A stretch of 64,000 bases of DNA from Polyangiales bacterium (GTDB taxonomy: Bacteria > Myxococcota_A > Polyangia > Polyangiales > Polyangiaceae), in contig JBBRNJ010000019.1 of NCBI GenBank assembly GCA_038230375.1, positions 32,001 to 96,000 on the forward strand, given 5' to 3'. The stretch's first letter is position 1. Every line of letters starts with the position of its first letter. Shown piece after piece: positions 11,001 to 20,409 of this stretch. The translations under genes and the position numbers were made by a program. The notes beneath the pieces are model-generated. The model saw only the letters and a list, made by a program, of their open reading frames with translations. It was not told the DNA's origin and did not search any database.

Positions 11001-12635
11001 GTGCCTGGTCACGCAAATCTGAGGCCCCTCCTCGACGATCCCGGGTTTTCGCCCAAAGACAGGGATGTTGCAGCGCTCACGTCAATGCTGGCGGAGGCGG
11101 ACGACGAGCTCGGCGCCAAGCTGGAAAGGGCGCTCCTACGGAAGCCGGATGCCGCGTCGAAGGCCGCCGCGGAGCAGCTCGCGGGGGTAGCCTCTGCGTT
11201 CGCTGTACGCCTGTGTCGCCTGCTGTCGAAGCTGGGGAGCCGCGAAGGAAGCGTCACGGCCCTCCTTCCCGCGCTGACCGTCGATGACAGTCGCACGCGT
11301 CGTGCGGCCGCCCGGGCGCTCGGAAACATGCAGGATGCACGCATCGAGGACGCGCTCCTCGACGCGTGGGAGAAGGCAACGGCGCCGGAGGAGCGCAAGG
11401 TCCTCGCGGACGCGCTCGGCAAGACCGGGGGGCCCAAGGCGCTGCGTGCGCTCTTGGCCGCGGAGGCGGATCGCGGCCACGGCGACGCGTTGCTCGACAA
11501 GAAGCAGACGCGAGCGAAGCTAGCGATCTCGCGCACCATTGCACGCGGCGACCATGCGGAGATCGACACGCAGAGGCGCCCGAAAGTAGCCCTCCCGATC
11601 GTGTTTCGTTGCCGCGACGGGCTGGAAGAGATGCTCGCGACTGAGCTCGCGGACTTCGCCACGCGGAAGGTCACGCCGGGCCGCGTCCCGGGCACGCTGG
11701 AGTCGCCGCTCACGCTCGCGCGCGCGCTCGAGGCACGCCTGGCGCTGTCAGTGGCGTTCCCGCTCCCGGAGCAGCGCATCGGCAAGGCAGGGCTGGCCGC
11801 TACCATCGTCGCCGCCATCCTCTCCTCCGACGCCGCGGCCGTGTTTGATGCGTTCACGCCCAAGGGCACGATCACCGTTCGGCTCTCCTTCACCGGCGCG
11901 GGTCATCAGCGTGCCCTCGCGTGGGATGTAGCGGAGCGGCTGTCGCAGGAGAACACGCGCATCGCGAACGATCCCACGGACGCCACCTGGTCGTGCGACG
12001 TGCGCGCGTTCGCGGAGTCCGTGAAGGTGGAGCTGTCTCCGCGATCCGTGCAGGATACACGCTTTGCCTATCGCCTGCGGGATGTGCCCGCGGCAAGCCA
12101 TCCCACCATCGCTGCGGCGCTCGCACGGGTGGCGCGTCCACAAAAGCGCGACGTGGTGTGGGACCCGTTCTGCGGCTCGGGCGCGGAGCTCATCGAGTGC
12201 GCGCGGCTTGCACCGGGGCTCACGCTCTTGGGCACTGACACCAGCGAGGAAGCGCTTGCCGCCGCACGCGAGAACCTCGGGGCCGCGAGCATGGTCGCGG
12301 AGCTGTCGCTTGCGGACGCGCGCACGTTCACGCCGAAGCGGGCCCCTGATCTGATCGTGACGAACCCGCCGATGGGCCGCAGGGTGCAACGCACGGGCGA
12401 GCTGCGCACCCTGCTCGCGGACTTCGTGACGCACGCCGCCGACGTCCTCGCGCCAGGTGGAGCGCTCGTATGGCTCTCACCCCAGCCTGAGCTTCGTGAC
12501 GTGGCGGTCCTGGCGGGGCTCCGCGTGGCCTACGAGCGCCGCGTGGATCTCGGCGGATTCTTCGCGATGCTCCTTCGGCTGGAAAAACCCGCCGCACCAA
12601 GCGAGCCCACGCGTCGCCGCATCGTCGGGCGTTAG
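11001..12635 (+). CDS. HEAT-repeat protein fused to an RlmL/UPF0020-type SAM-dependent methyltransferase
   Basis: RRAAARALG and LADALGKTG HEAT-like repeats; WDPFCGSG SAM motif and IVTNPPMG catalytic motif. Confidence 0.8.
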   Translation: MPGHANLRPLLDDPGFSPKDRDVAALTSMLAEADDELGAKLERALLRKPDAASKAAAEQLAGVASAFAVRLCRLLSKLGSREGSVTALLPALTVDDSRTRRAAARALGNMQDARIEDALLDAWEKATAPEERKVLADALGKTGGPKALRALLAAEADRGHGDALLDKKQTRAKLAISRTIARGDHAEIDTQRRPKVALPIVFRCRDGLEEMLATELADFATRKVTPGRVPGTLESPLTLARALEARLALSVAFPLPEQRIGKAGLAATIVAAILSSDAAAVFDAFTPKGTITVRLSFTGAGHQRALAWDVAERLSQENTRIANDPTDATWSCDVRAFAESVKVELSPRSVQDTRFAYRLRDVPAASHPTIAAALARVARPQKRDVVWDPFCGSGAELIECARLAPGLTLLGTDTSEEALAAARENLGAASMVAELSLADARTFTPKRAPDLIVTNPPMGRRVQRTGELRTLLADFVTHAADVLAPGGALVWLSPQPELRDVAVLAGLRVAYERRVDLGGFFAMLLRLEKPAAPSEPTRRRIVGR

Positions 12636-12646
12636 CGGCGACAGCG

Positions 12647-13735
12647 TCAGGCGTTGGACGGCTCGATCGACTCGGCCTTCCACGCACGGACGGGATTCAC
12701 GCGCGCCTTCAGCATTGCGATGATGTCGTCGTCCGAGCGCTCCTTGCCGTCCAGCCGGACGAAGCGGCGCGCAAGCGTCTTCCACTGACGCGTCCACAAG
12801 AGGATCGACACCATGAAGAAGTCCACGCCTTCGAACACGAGCGCGCCTTCCTTGACGTACGCGTCGATGTTGCCCTCGAGCTCCGCCGGCATTTCGGTCC
12901 AGTGCCGGTTCGCGCGGAGGTGGTGGCCAATGTGGTAGCCGTCGTTGAAGCAGCGCTCGTTGTACGTGGAGTTGATGCACGTGATCGAGTTTGCGAGCCC
13001 ATCATTCTTGTGGTCGGTGTTGATGAACGCGTGCTGGCCCCAGTTGCCGACCATCATCATGAAGCGGATGACCACCGCGGGCAGCAGGAACGCGACAAGC
13101 CCGAAGCGGAAGTCCACGAAGCGCATCACCAGCGCGATCACCGTGATGTGCGCGATCTCGCCGAGCACCAGACGCCTCGCCATGGTGAAGCGCCGCGCGC
13201 GCCGGAGGTAGGCAGACACCTCGAAGATGCCAAGGAAGAAGAAACGGAAGAAGTAGACGAGGAAATGCAGGAAGCTGTCGCGCTGGTAGCCCAGCGTGGA
13301 GGACAGGTCCTTCTGCATGTTGTCCTCCGCATGGTGCATCCCCATGTGGTGCTCGCGGTAGCCCGTGGGGATGCCGAAGAAGAACGACATCATGTACGGG
13401 TGCGCGCGGCCCAGGAGCTTTGGTGCCTTGATGAACGGCCGATGCATCGTGTTGTGGAGCATCAGGATCACGGGCGGCACCAGGTAACCCCAGAGGGCAA
13501 GGTACACGGCCGCCGCGCCCAGCTTCGCGAGCTCCGGGACCCGCGGGTCGTGCACGCGTAGCGCGAAGAACAGCGCCGCCATCAGGACGACCATCGTGGC
13601 GATCATCTTGATGGTCAGGCGGACGAAGATCTCGTCGCGGGCCTCGAACAGAGCGCCTTTGCAAAAACGCGACAGGGCCGAGTCCCCATACCTGGGGGCC
13701 GCCTTGGGGTCCTTGATCTCGAACGGAAGCGCCAT
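12647..13735 (-). CDS. Membrane-bound fatty acid desaturase family protein
   Basis: His boxes HNTMH, HHMGMHH, QH, HIGHH; TM segments. Confidence 0.88.
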   Translation of the reverse strand: MALPFEIKDPKAAPRYGDSALSRFCKGALFEARDEIFVRLTIKMIATMVVLMAALFFALRVHDPRVPELAKLGAAAVYLALWGYLVPPVILMLHNTMHRPFIKAPKLLGRAHPYMMSFFFGIPTGYREHHMGMHHAEDNMQKDLSSTLGYQRDSFLHFLVYFFRFFFLGIFEVSAYLRRARRFTMARRLVLGEIAHITVIALVMRFVDFRFGLVAFLLPAVVIRFMMMVGNWGQHAFINTDHKNDGLANSITCINSTYNERCFNDGYHIGHHLRANRHWTEMPAELEGNIDAYVKEGALVFEGVDFFMVSILLWTRQWKTLARRFVRLDGKERSDDDIIAMLKARVNPVRAWKAESIEPSNA

Positions 13736-13837
13736 CGGTGACCGTGAACTAGCGAATTTCCGGCCATGCGCAAACGAAACCGTGCGCGAAGAAGGTGCGC
13801 AGCAGCGTTCTTGCCCGGATCCGCGCGACTTTCTGCC

Positions 13838-14866
13838 CTACCAGCGGCCCTGGGCGTCCGACATGCCCTGGTAGGGATAGCCGAGCTCGATCGCGCTGGC
13901 GGCGTCGAGCGCCTTCCTGTGTCCGTCGTCGAGCTTCAGCGACGCGCCTGCGATGTTGTCGTCGAGCTGCGCCTCGGTCCGCGCGCCGAAGATGACGCTG
14001 GAGACGGTCTCCTTGCCCAGCAGCCACGCGAGGGCGACCTGCGATGGAGAGGACCCGGTCTCCTTTGACACCGCCTTCACGGCGTCGATGATCTTCCAGT
14101 TGCGCTCGTTGTCGAACGCCGCAAAGCGCTTCTTCCACTGGTCCATGCGTGTGCCCGGCGGTGGGCTCTGCCCGCGCTCGTACTTGCCGCTCAGGAAACC
14201 GCCAGCAAGCGGCGACCACGGGAGAATGCCGATCCCCTCATTGCGACAGAGCGGCACGTGCTCGCGCTCCAGATCGCGGACCACCAGGCTGTACTGCGCC
14301 TGCAGGCTCACGAAGCGCGCGCGGTGCGCGGCGCGGCTGATCCAGAGACTGTCTTGCAGACGGTACGCGGCGTAGTTCGACGCGCCCAGGTAGACGACCT
14401 TTCCGGCGGTCACGAGATCGTCCAGCGCGCGCAGGGTCTCCTCCTCTGGCGTGGTGATGTCCTGCATGTGGATCTGGTAGAGGTCGATGCGATCGGTGCG
14501 CAGACGGCGAAGGCTGTCCTCCACGCAGCGCATGATCCGGAATCGTGACGCGCCGCGATTGTTCGCACCTTCGCCCATCACGAAGCGGAACTTCGTGGCA
14601 AGGACGACCTTCTCGCGGCGGCCACCGCCCTTGTCGAACCACGCGCCGAGCACGCGCTCGGAGAGCCCGTCCTGTCCGTACACGTCGGCGGTGTCGATGA
14701 AGTTGATGCCCGCCTCCACGGCGCGGTCGAGCAGCGCGTGGCTCGTGCTCTCGTCGGAGCCGACCTTGTGCATGAACGACTTCTCGTCAGCCTCGCCAAA
14801 GGTCATGGCGCCAAAGCAGAGCGTGGAGACCTTCAAGCCGCTCGTTCCCAGGTTCCGGTATTCCAT
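13838..14866 (-). CDS. Aldo/keto reductase
   Basis: LGTSGLKVSTLCFGAMTFG, FIDTADVYG, ATK, DRIDLYQIH, PWSPLAGG. Confidence 0.95.
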   Translation of the reverse strand: MEYRNLGTSGLKVSTLCFGAMTFGEADEKSFMHKVGSDESTSHALLDRAVEAGINFIDTADVYGQDGLSERVLGAWFDKGGGRREKVVLATKFRFVMGEGANNRGASRFRIMRCVEDSLRRLRTDRIDLYQIHMQDITTPEEETLRALDDLVTAGKVVYLGASNYAAYRLQDSLWISRAAHRARFVSLQAQYSLVVRDLEREHVPLCRNEGIGILPWSPLAGGFLSGKYERGQSPPPGTRMDQWKKRFAAFDNERNWKIIDAVKAVSKETGSSPSQVALAWLLGKETVSSVIFGARTEAQLDDNIAGASLKLDDGHRKALDAASAIELGYPYQGMSDAQGRW

Positions 14867-14901
14867 GGCGCTGGACTCTACCAGTCGGCACACTGTCATG
14901 C

Positions 14902-15546
14902 GTGAAGTCAGAGCAAACAGCTCGGAGAGCGGCACGCGTCACGCTTGTGCTCGGCGCGCTTGCCTCGTGCAGCAAGGTGGCGCCACTGTCCACGGGACCC
15001 GTGGATTCCGGGGTGATCCCCATTGCCAGCGCTTCCGCCGCCCCTGCGCCAGTGCCGCCGCCTCCGGTCCCCGCAGTGAGGCCGCAGTGCAAAGGGAACG
15101 ATCTGGCGCTCGACACTGCGTTCAACGACTTCGCGTGCCTCGGCACCAACACCGGGGCACCGGAGCTGCGCGTGGTGCTCACGGCATCGCCAGCGGAGGT
15201 CGCGCCCGGCGGCAAGGTGGAGATCACAGCCACCTTCACCAACGACACGGATGCGCCGGTGGCTTGGGGCATGACGATCCTGCCGGGGTGGGATCTCTTC
15301 CCGCTTGCCACGAAGAACGTGTCCGCGACCTATCCGTGCGAGCGCGGCCCTTCGAGCAACACGCCCGCACCGATGGTGGTCGTGATCGACGCACATGGCA
15401 GCGGACACGTGAAGCGAACGTGGGTCGCGTCGCGCTCGGCCGGCGCATGCGGGTCCGGTGTTCCGCTGGAGCCGGGGATGTACGAGGTGGGCCTGAGCTC
15501 ATCCTTCGCCCAGGTAAGACCGGCGAGCGTACGTGTCGTGAAGTGA
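14902..15546 (+). CDS. Hypothetical lipoprotein with Ig-like beta domain
   Basis: Lipobox ALASC, Pro-rich linker, PGGKVEITATFTN and LEPGMYEV beta-sandwich-like motifs. Confidence 0.65.
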   Translation: MKSEQTARRAARVTLVLGALASCSKVAPLSTGPVDSGVIPIASASAAPAPVPPPPVPAVRPQCKGNDLALDTAFNDFACLGTNTGAPELRVVLTASPAEVAPGGKVEITATFTNDTDAPVAWGMTILPGWDLFPLATKNVSATYPCERGPSSNTPAPMVVVIDAHGSGHVKRTWVASRSAGACGSGVPLEPGMYEVGLSSSFAQVRPASVRVVK

Positions 15547-15593
15547 CGCGCTACTTCGCGATCTTCGACGACACCAGCTTGCAGGTCTCGAGC

Positions 15594-18500
15594 TCAGCGC
15601 TTCAGCATCAGGATGTCGTGGTCGTCCTTGCCCTCGATCAGCGTGACGACGTTCTCCGTCACCTTCTCGTTCGGGCGACCCCAGTTCTCGATCACGTGCG
15701 CGAAGACCTTCGTGCGCGCCGTCGCGCGGTTCCGCTGGCTCGCATAGTAGTGCGCGCGAATGCTGTAGTTGCCGCCGGGGGCCTTCTTCAGCACGTACAT
15801 CTCGGGGCCGTAGCCTTGCGTGACATCCTGCGTGAGCTTGCCGCCGGTCTTCGTGTCGCGGTGCCCGTAGTAGCACTCCTCTCCCGAGGGCTCGGTGACG
15901 TGCAGATCCACGTCGGAGTTGTCCGTGTTCCAGGTGATCATCACGACCAGGTCGGCGCCCGCGAGATCGACCTCGCGGTTCATCGCCTCCAGGCGTCGGC
16001 GCGCCAGATCTGGCAGCTGCGTCTTGAGCTCGCCCTTGTCCACGCGGCGGAGCAGGTGCGCGTAGTCGATGGCGGCGATCTTGTGGAACTCGCCGAAGCG
16101 GCCGTCCCAGTGACCCGCGAGCGCGGCCTCGTAGTAGCCGATCGCAAGGTCAGCGTTGCCCATGTTCGCGGCGGCCTGCGCCATGGCGCGGTAGGTCTGC
16201 GGCTCCCACGGTCGCGCCGCACCTACGCGACGAAGCAGATGGTATGCGTGCGAGTCGAGCTTGTAGCTCATGGCGGAGAACGCGACGTCGCGCGCAAGCA
16301 CCGCGTCCGCCGGGCTCTGCTCGACGAGCGAAGAGAGCGCACGCAATGCATCGCCGGGTCCGCCCTTCTTCAGGCGCTCCTCCGCCTCGTGGCTCATGCG
16401 CTCGTACTCCAGGCTGCCCGGCTTGCTGAGCGCCTCGCGCAGATCGCCCGCGACCTGATCCTTCTGCGTGATCGTGAGCGCGAGCGGGCCCGACTTCACG
16501 CTGAACGTGTCCTTCGGGAGCTTCGCCAGCTCCTCGCGAACGTCGCCGGGGACCTTCACGTCCACGCCAGACCGCGCAGACAGCGTGTCCATCCAGCGCA
16601 GGAACGCGACCTTGGGATCGCCGAGCGTCTCGCCGATCTGTCGGGCTGCGTCCGCGAGCACCACGCTCGCGAGCGTGGTCTTCACGCGCGCGTCCTCTTC
16701 TTCGTCCTTGATGTTGAAGCGCGCGTAGTCCGCCTCGCTCTCCAGCATGAGGAGCGAGCACGTCTTGCCGGTCACGCGATAGTGCACCGCGTAGGCGCGC
16801 GCGGCCTGGTCCGTGGCGGGCGCGAAATCCTCCAGCGCGTTGGTCGTGATCTCGCCATAGGCGCGCGCAGCGAGCGAGCTCTGCATCGCGTTGCGCGTGG
16901 GGATCACCACCGTGCGCTTTTCGGCGCCCTGCTCCACCTCGAGCTCCACCGCGCCGTCGGGTGAGCCGCGTCCGGTCACCTGGAGCGACTGCCCGGGGAA
17001 GAGCGCGATGGGCCTGCCGGCGAGCACCACGTCCGTCGCGCCGGCTGCCTTCACGCTGCGGATCATCCACGCGCGCGCCTTGTGCGCGGTGCTTGCGGCA
17101 GGGACCTCCGCATCACCGGTGACGCTGAATACTGCGCCTCCCGTGGCGCGCGCAACGCCGCCGAGCATCTGCGTGTCCGTCCCCGCGATGCCGGTGTTGT
17201 ACGCGAACAGCGCGCCGCGATGCGTCGCCGCGATCGAGTGCGAGATGGCGTGCTCGTCCGACTCACCCCACGTGGGCGAGCCGTCGGAGAGCAGGAACGT
17301 GTCCCAGTGCATGGTCTTCTCTTCGGAGAGCCACCCAGGCTGCGCAGACTCGCGCAGCGCCGCGCCCAGATCGGTCGCGCCCTCGAGCAGTGCCTTGTCC
17401 ATGGTCGCGATCAGCGCGTCCGCGTTCTCCTTCGTGTTGTCGATGAACGCCGGCTTGTACCAGCGCGGCGCGACGTCGAAGAAGAGCACCGCGAACCGCT
17501 TCAACGTGCCGCGGTTGTTCTCGAGCGTGGCGCGAACGAGCTTCTCGTAGATGTTGAAGCGGTCGGGGTTGGACGACAGCGACGTGTCGACGACGAACAC
17601 CGCCGTGTCGGAGTCCGTGCCGCTCGCGCGCGCCGGCAACTCGGGCTTCGCGAGCGTGTAGAACGCCTTGCCCACGCCCGGGTCCTCACCGATCAGCGTG
17701 GCCGGCAGCGGGTTCTTCCAGCGCAGCGTGATCGGCGATTTCGGATCAGCGTGCTCGAGATGCGCGTAGCTGCGCGCACCGTCCTTCACGAGCTCCGGAC
17801 CCGCGCTCGGGGTCTGCGAAGTGGAGATGTCCACGACCACATTGGCATCCGTCTGCGGCAGGTCCAGCCGGTACTCGAGGTCATCGCCTGCGAGCGTGAG
17901 CGGCATGTCGTACGCGAGCACCACGCGGTGGATCGTGTGCGGAGCGAGCGGAAAAACCCGCGCATTGAACACGCCAGCGCCGGCCCACTCGAGCAGCGCC
18001 GGATCCGCCTGCCTGCGCGTGGTCTCCGTGTAGGCCAGCGCGGCCTTCTCCTTCGGCACCATGCGCGCTTCCTTCACCGACACGAAGCTTCCGCGACGTG
18101 CTTCGCGGATCGCGAGCGGCTCGCTCGTCATCTTCCGCTCCTCGGCGGCGGTGAAGTACTTCACTTGCCGCGGGCCGGAGCTGGGGGCTACCGCTTGCGG
18201 CTGACCCCATGAGGTCGTTCCGAAGGCAAAATAGTAGGGGGTCGCTTCGTTGGGCAGGCGCAGCTTGAAGGTGCCCTCGTACTGCCGGTCGCGATCATTC
18301 TCGAAGTAGCCGTCGATGACGACGCGCGCGCGCGGCCCGTCCACGTCTACCCGGATCTGCATGCCGCGCAGCGGGATCTTCTCCTTGTCGCCCACGGAGA
18401 TCTCGGTCGCGTGGACGGCGGAGCCCGCGCGCTTCCACGTCTTGACCTCCTCGTCCCTCCCGTCCCCACCACCCTCCTTCTTCTTTGCGTCGCTGTCGTT

Positions 18501-18689
18501 CTTCGCGGCCGCCGCCATCGGAGGCGGGGTAGGAGAGCCGGGCGCCATCTCCTTCGCCTGATCCATCGCCGTAGGCGCAGATGCGGTATTCAGCTCCGCC
18601 TTGCGGCTGCAGCCAAGGAGGAGGGCAAGGGCGAACACGGCTACGGTGCGGGAGGTTCGGACCTGGCCCCGGACTTGGATGTGGTGCAT
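15594..18689 (-). CDS. VIT + vWA + TPR-like + DUF2135 (YfaP-like) domain lipoprotein
   Basis: Lipobox LLLGC; VIT-like (YEGTFKLRLP, FNARVFPL), vWA MIDAS DTSLSS / GATDL / LLSDG, and C-terminal DVDLHVTEPSGEECYY...DVTQGYGPEMY. Confidence 0.85.
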   Translation of the reverse strand: MHHIQVRGQVRTSRTVAVFALALLLGCSRKAELNTASAPTAMDQAKEMAPGSPTPPPMAAAAKNDSDAKKKEGGGDGRDEEVKTWKRAGSAVHATEISVGDKEKIPLRGMQIRVDVDGPRARVVIDGYFENDRDRQYEGTFKLRLPNEATPYYFAFGTTSWGQPQAVAPSSGPRQVKYFTAAEERKMTSEPLAIREARRGSFVSVKEARMVPKEKAALAYTETTRRQADPALLEWAGAGVFNARVFPLAPHTIHRVVLAYDMPLTLAGDDLEYRLDLPQTDANVVVDISTSQTPSAGPELVKDGARSYAHLEHADPKSPITLRWKNPLPATLIGEDPGVGKAFYTLAKPELPARASGTDSDTAVFVVDTSLSSNPDRFNIYEKLVRATLENNRGTLKRFAVLFFDVAPRWYKPAFIDNTKENADALIATMDKALLEGATDLGAALRESAQPGWLSEEKTMHWDTFLLSDGSPTWGESDEHAISHSIAATHRGALFAYNTGIAGTDTQMLGGVARATGGAVFSVTGDAEVPAASTAHKARAWMIRSVKAAGATDVVLAGRPIALFPGQSLQVTGRGSPDGAVELEVEQGAEKRTVVIPTRNAMQSSLAARAYGEITTNALEDFAPATDQAARAYAVHYRVTGKTCSLLMLESEADYARFNIKDEEEDARVKTTLASVVLADAARQIGETLGDPKVAFLRWMDTLSARSGVDVKVPGDVREELAKLPKDTFSVKSGPLALTITQKDQVAGDLREALSKPGSLEYERMSHEAEERLKKGGPGDALRALSSLVEQSPADAVLARDVAFSAMSYKLDSHAYHLLRRVGAARPWEPQTYRAMAQAAANMGNADLAIGYYEAALAGHWDGRFGEFHKIAAIDYAHLLRRVDKGELKTQLPDLARRRLEAMNREVDLAGADLVVMITWNTDNSDVDLHVTEPSGEECYYGHRDTKTGGKLTQDVTQGYGPEMYVLKKAPGGNYSIRAHYYASQRNRATARTKVFAHVIENWGRPNEKVTENVVTLIEGKDDHDILMLKR

Positions 18690-18800
18690 GGCAATCCTCA
18701 GACGTGGGCGAAGGCACAAAGTTTTGACGCGTTGTGCGGGTGGTGCGCCCGTGCGAGGATAGAGCAAAGGGGATGAGGTGGAACGGTCGGAGTTTCTCCA

Positions 18801-19583
18801 ATGACGTGCACGACCTGCAAGGCCGTCCTGACCGGCACGGCCAAGTTCTGCGCCAGCTGCGGCGCGCCCAGGCCTCCACCGTCTGACGCGAAGCCCGAGG
18901 CGACCCCGGACAGCAAACCTCGGTCGCTCGTGGACCCGCTCGCGATGACGGCGCCCGATGCGTTCGCCGAGACCGCCAACGCAAGCACGCGCGCGGAGCT
19001 GGATCGCGCGCTCGCGGCGTACGATGCCAAGCAACGCGGCGCCACTGCGCGTGGAGTACCGCCACCAGTCGCAACACAGGAGATGAAGGGCGTTCCCTCT
19101 GCGAACCTGCCCGCCGCATCACCACCTGTGTCCCCCAAGGCGGCGAGCCACGTCGTCCCCGTGCAGCAGCCAAGGACCGCTGCAATGCCTGCGTCCGCAC
19201 ACAAGCTCGCGGCTGCGTCTCCCGTTTCCCCCGCCGTGCAGAACGCGCAAGGTAGCTCTCCGCAGGCGCGCATTCCGCTCGCGGCAGGCTCCAGCGGCGG
19301 TATTGCCGCCATCAGCGATCCCATGCGTGCTTCAGGCCCGCCTGCCATCGGCTCGTCGCCAGGGATGGCTGGCGCAGTACCGCGTCTCTCGCCGGTGCCG
19401 TTTCCCCAGCCGATTCGCGGCTCGGCGCCAGCGCTCGCGCCCGGCCTTTCCGTGGGCGTGACGTGGGCGAACGGACAGCGATACCGCGGTATCATCGTGC
19501 AGCTCCTCGGCTCGCGCGTGCTCGTGGTTTTCCCCGACGGGCAACAGCACTGGATCGAGATGAGCTACATCAGTCCCGCATGA
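18801..19583 (+). CDS. Zinc-ribbon / Pro-rich / C-terminal Tudor- or SH3-like hypothetical protein
   Basis: CTTC...FCASCG at the N-terminus; C-terminal VTWANGQRYRGII...VVFPDGQQHWI. Confidence 0.7.
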   Translation: MTCTTCKAVLTGTAKFCASCGAPRPPPSDAKPEATPDSKPRSLVDPLAMTAPDAFAETANASTRAELDRALAAYDAKQRGATARGVPPPVATQEMKGVPSANLPAASPPVSPKAASHVVPVQQPRTAAMPASAHKLAAASPVSPAVQNAQGSSPQARIPLAAGSSGGIAAISDPMRASGPPAIGSSPGMAGAVPRLSPVPFPQPIRGSAPALAPGLSVGVTWANGQRYRGIIVQLLGSRVLVVFPDGQQHWIEMSYISPA

Positions 19584-20026
19584 TCGACAGCGCAGTCCTC
19601 GTTCAGTTGATGGAGGAGATGATCCCCTTCAACCGCTTCCTGGGGCTCAAGGTCCTGCATGTGGAGCGCGGCCTTGTCCGCATCCAGATCCCTTTCCGTG
19701 ACGAGCTCGTCGGCGACTTCATGCGCCCGGCGCTCCATGGTGGCGTCCTCTCCACCATCATCGACGTCGCGGGTGGCTTTGCCGTGTGGACGCACCTGGA
19801 CAGCGAGCGCGGGCGCGTGTCCACGATCGATCTGCGCGTCGACTACCTGCGCCCCGGCAGGCTCACGACCATCACCGCCGAGGCACGTGTCGTGCGGGCC
19901 GGCAAGCGCGTGGGCGTGGTGGACGTGCGCGTCTTCCACCCCGATGCAGAGGACGTCACCATCGCCACCGGCAAGGCGGTCTACAACATCATGCTCGTGA
20001 AGACGGAGATCACTCCACGAGCTTGA
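19580..20026 (+). CDS. PaaI-family hotdog-fold thioesterase
   Basis: IPFNRFLG, LHGGVLSTIIDVAGG, STIDLRVDYLRP; ATGA overlap with the upstream gene. Confidence 0.92.
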   Translation: MIDSAVLVQLMEEMIPFNRFLGLKVLHVERGLVRIQIPFRDELVGDFMRPALHGGVLSTIIDVAGGFAVWTHLDSERGRVSTIDLRVDYLRPGRLTTITAEARVVRAGKRVGVVDVRVFHPDAEDVTIATGKAVYNIMLVKTEITPRA

Positions 20027-20339
20027 GCAGCGCTGCGATCTGCGCGGGCGTCAGCTTCAGCCGGCGCTCTCGCAGTCGATACAGGAGCGCGTCGCGATCT
20101 GGCTCTGCGGCGGGCGGTGTCGTGGTGACCCCTGGCGGCTTGGTGGTGATCAGCGGCGCGGCGGAGAGCGGCGGCATGATGATCGCCATCGCCTCGTTCG
20201 CGCCGGGCAGGGATGGCGCGCGCACCGTGGTTGCAGGATCGACCGGTGCGGGTGGGAGGGTGTTGAACAGCGACGCAGGCGCGCTCGATGGAGTCATTGC
20301 CGCGCCACTGTCCGGCCCCGGCTTCGAAGAGTCGCTCAC
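20010..20339 (-). CDS. Hypothetical Pro-rich protein
   Basis: Plausible ORF with a helical C-terminus; TACAGT -10-like element 7 nt before the GTG. Confidence 0.5.
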   Translation of the reverse strand: MSDSSKPGPDSGAAMTPSSAPASLFNTLPPAPVDPATTVRAPSLPGANEAMAIIMPPLSAAPLITTKPPGVTTTPPAAEPDRDALLYRLRERRLKLTPAQIAALLKLVE

Positions 20340-20409
20340 ACCAGGAACTGTAGGAGGGTACGCGCGCCGCAGGCAAGAAACCGGTCAGCCGGCGCGGAGC
20401 TTGGACGCT

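Noticed and set aside
14487..16964. 825-aa plus-strand ORF
   Set aside because: Antisense shadow of the AKR and VIT-vWA genes; stop-poor frames are expected at this GC content.
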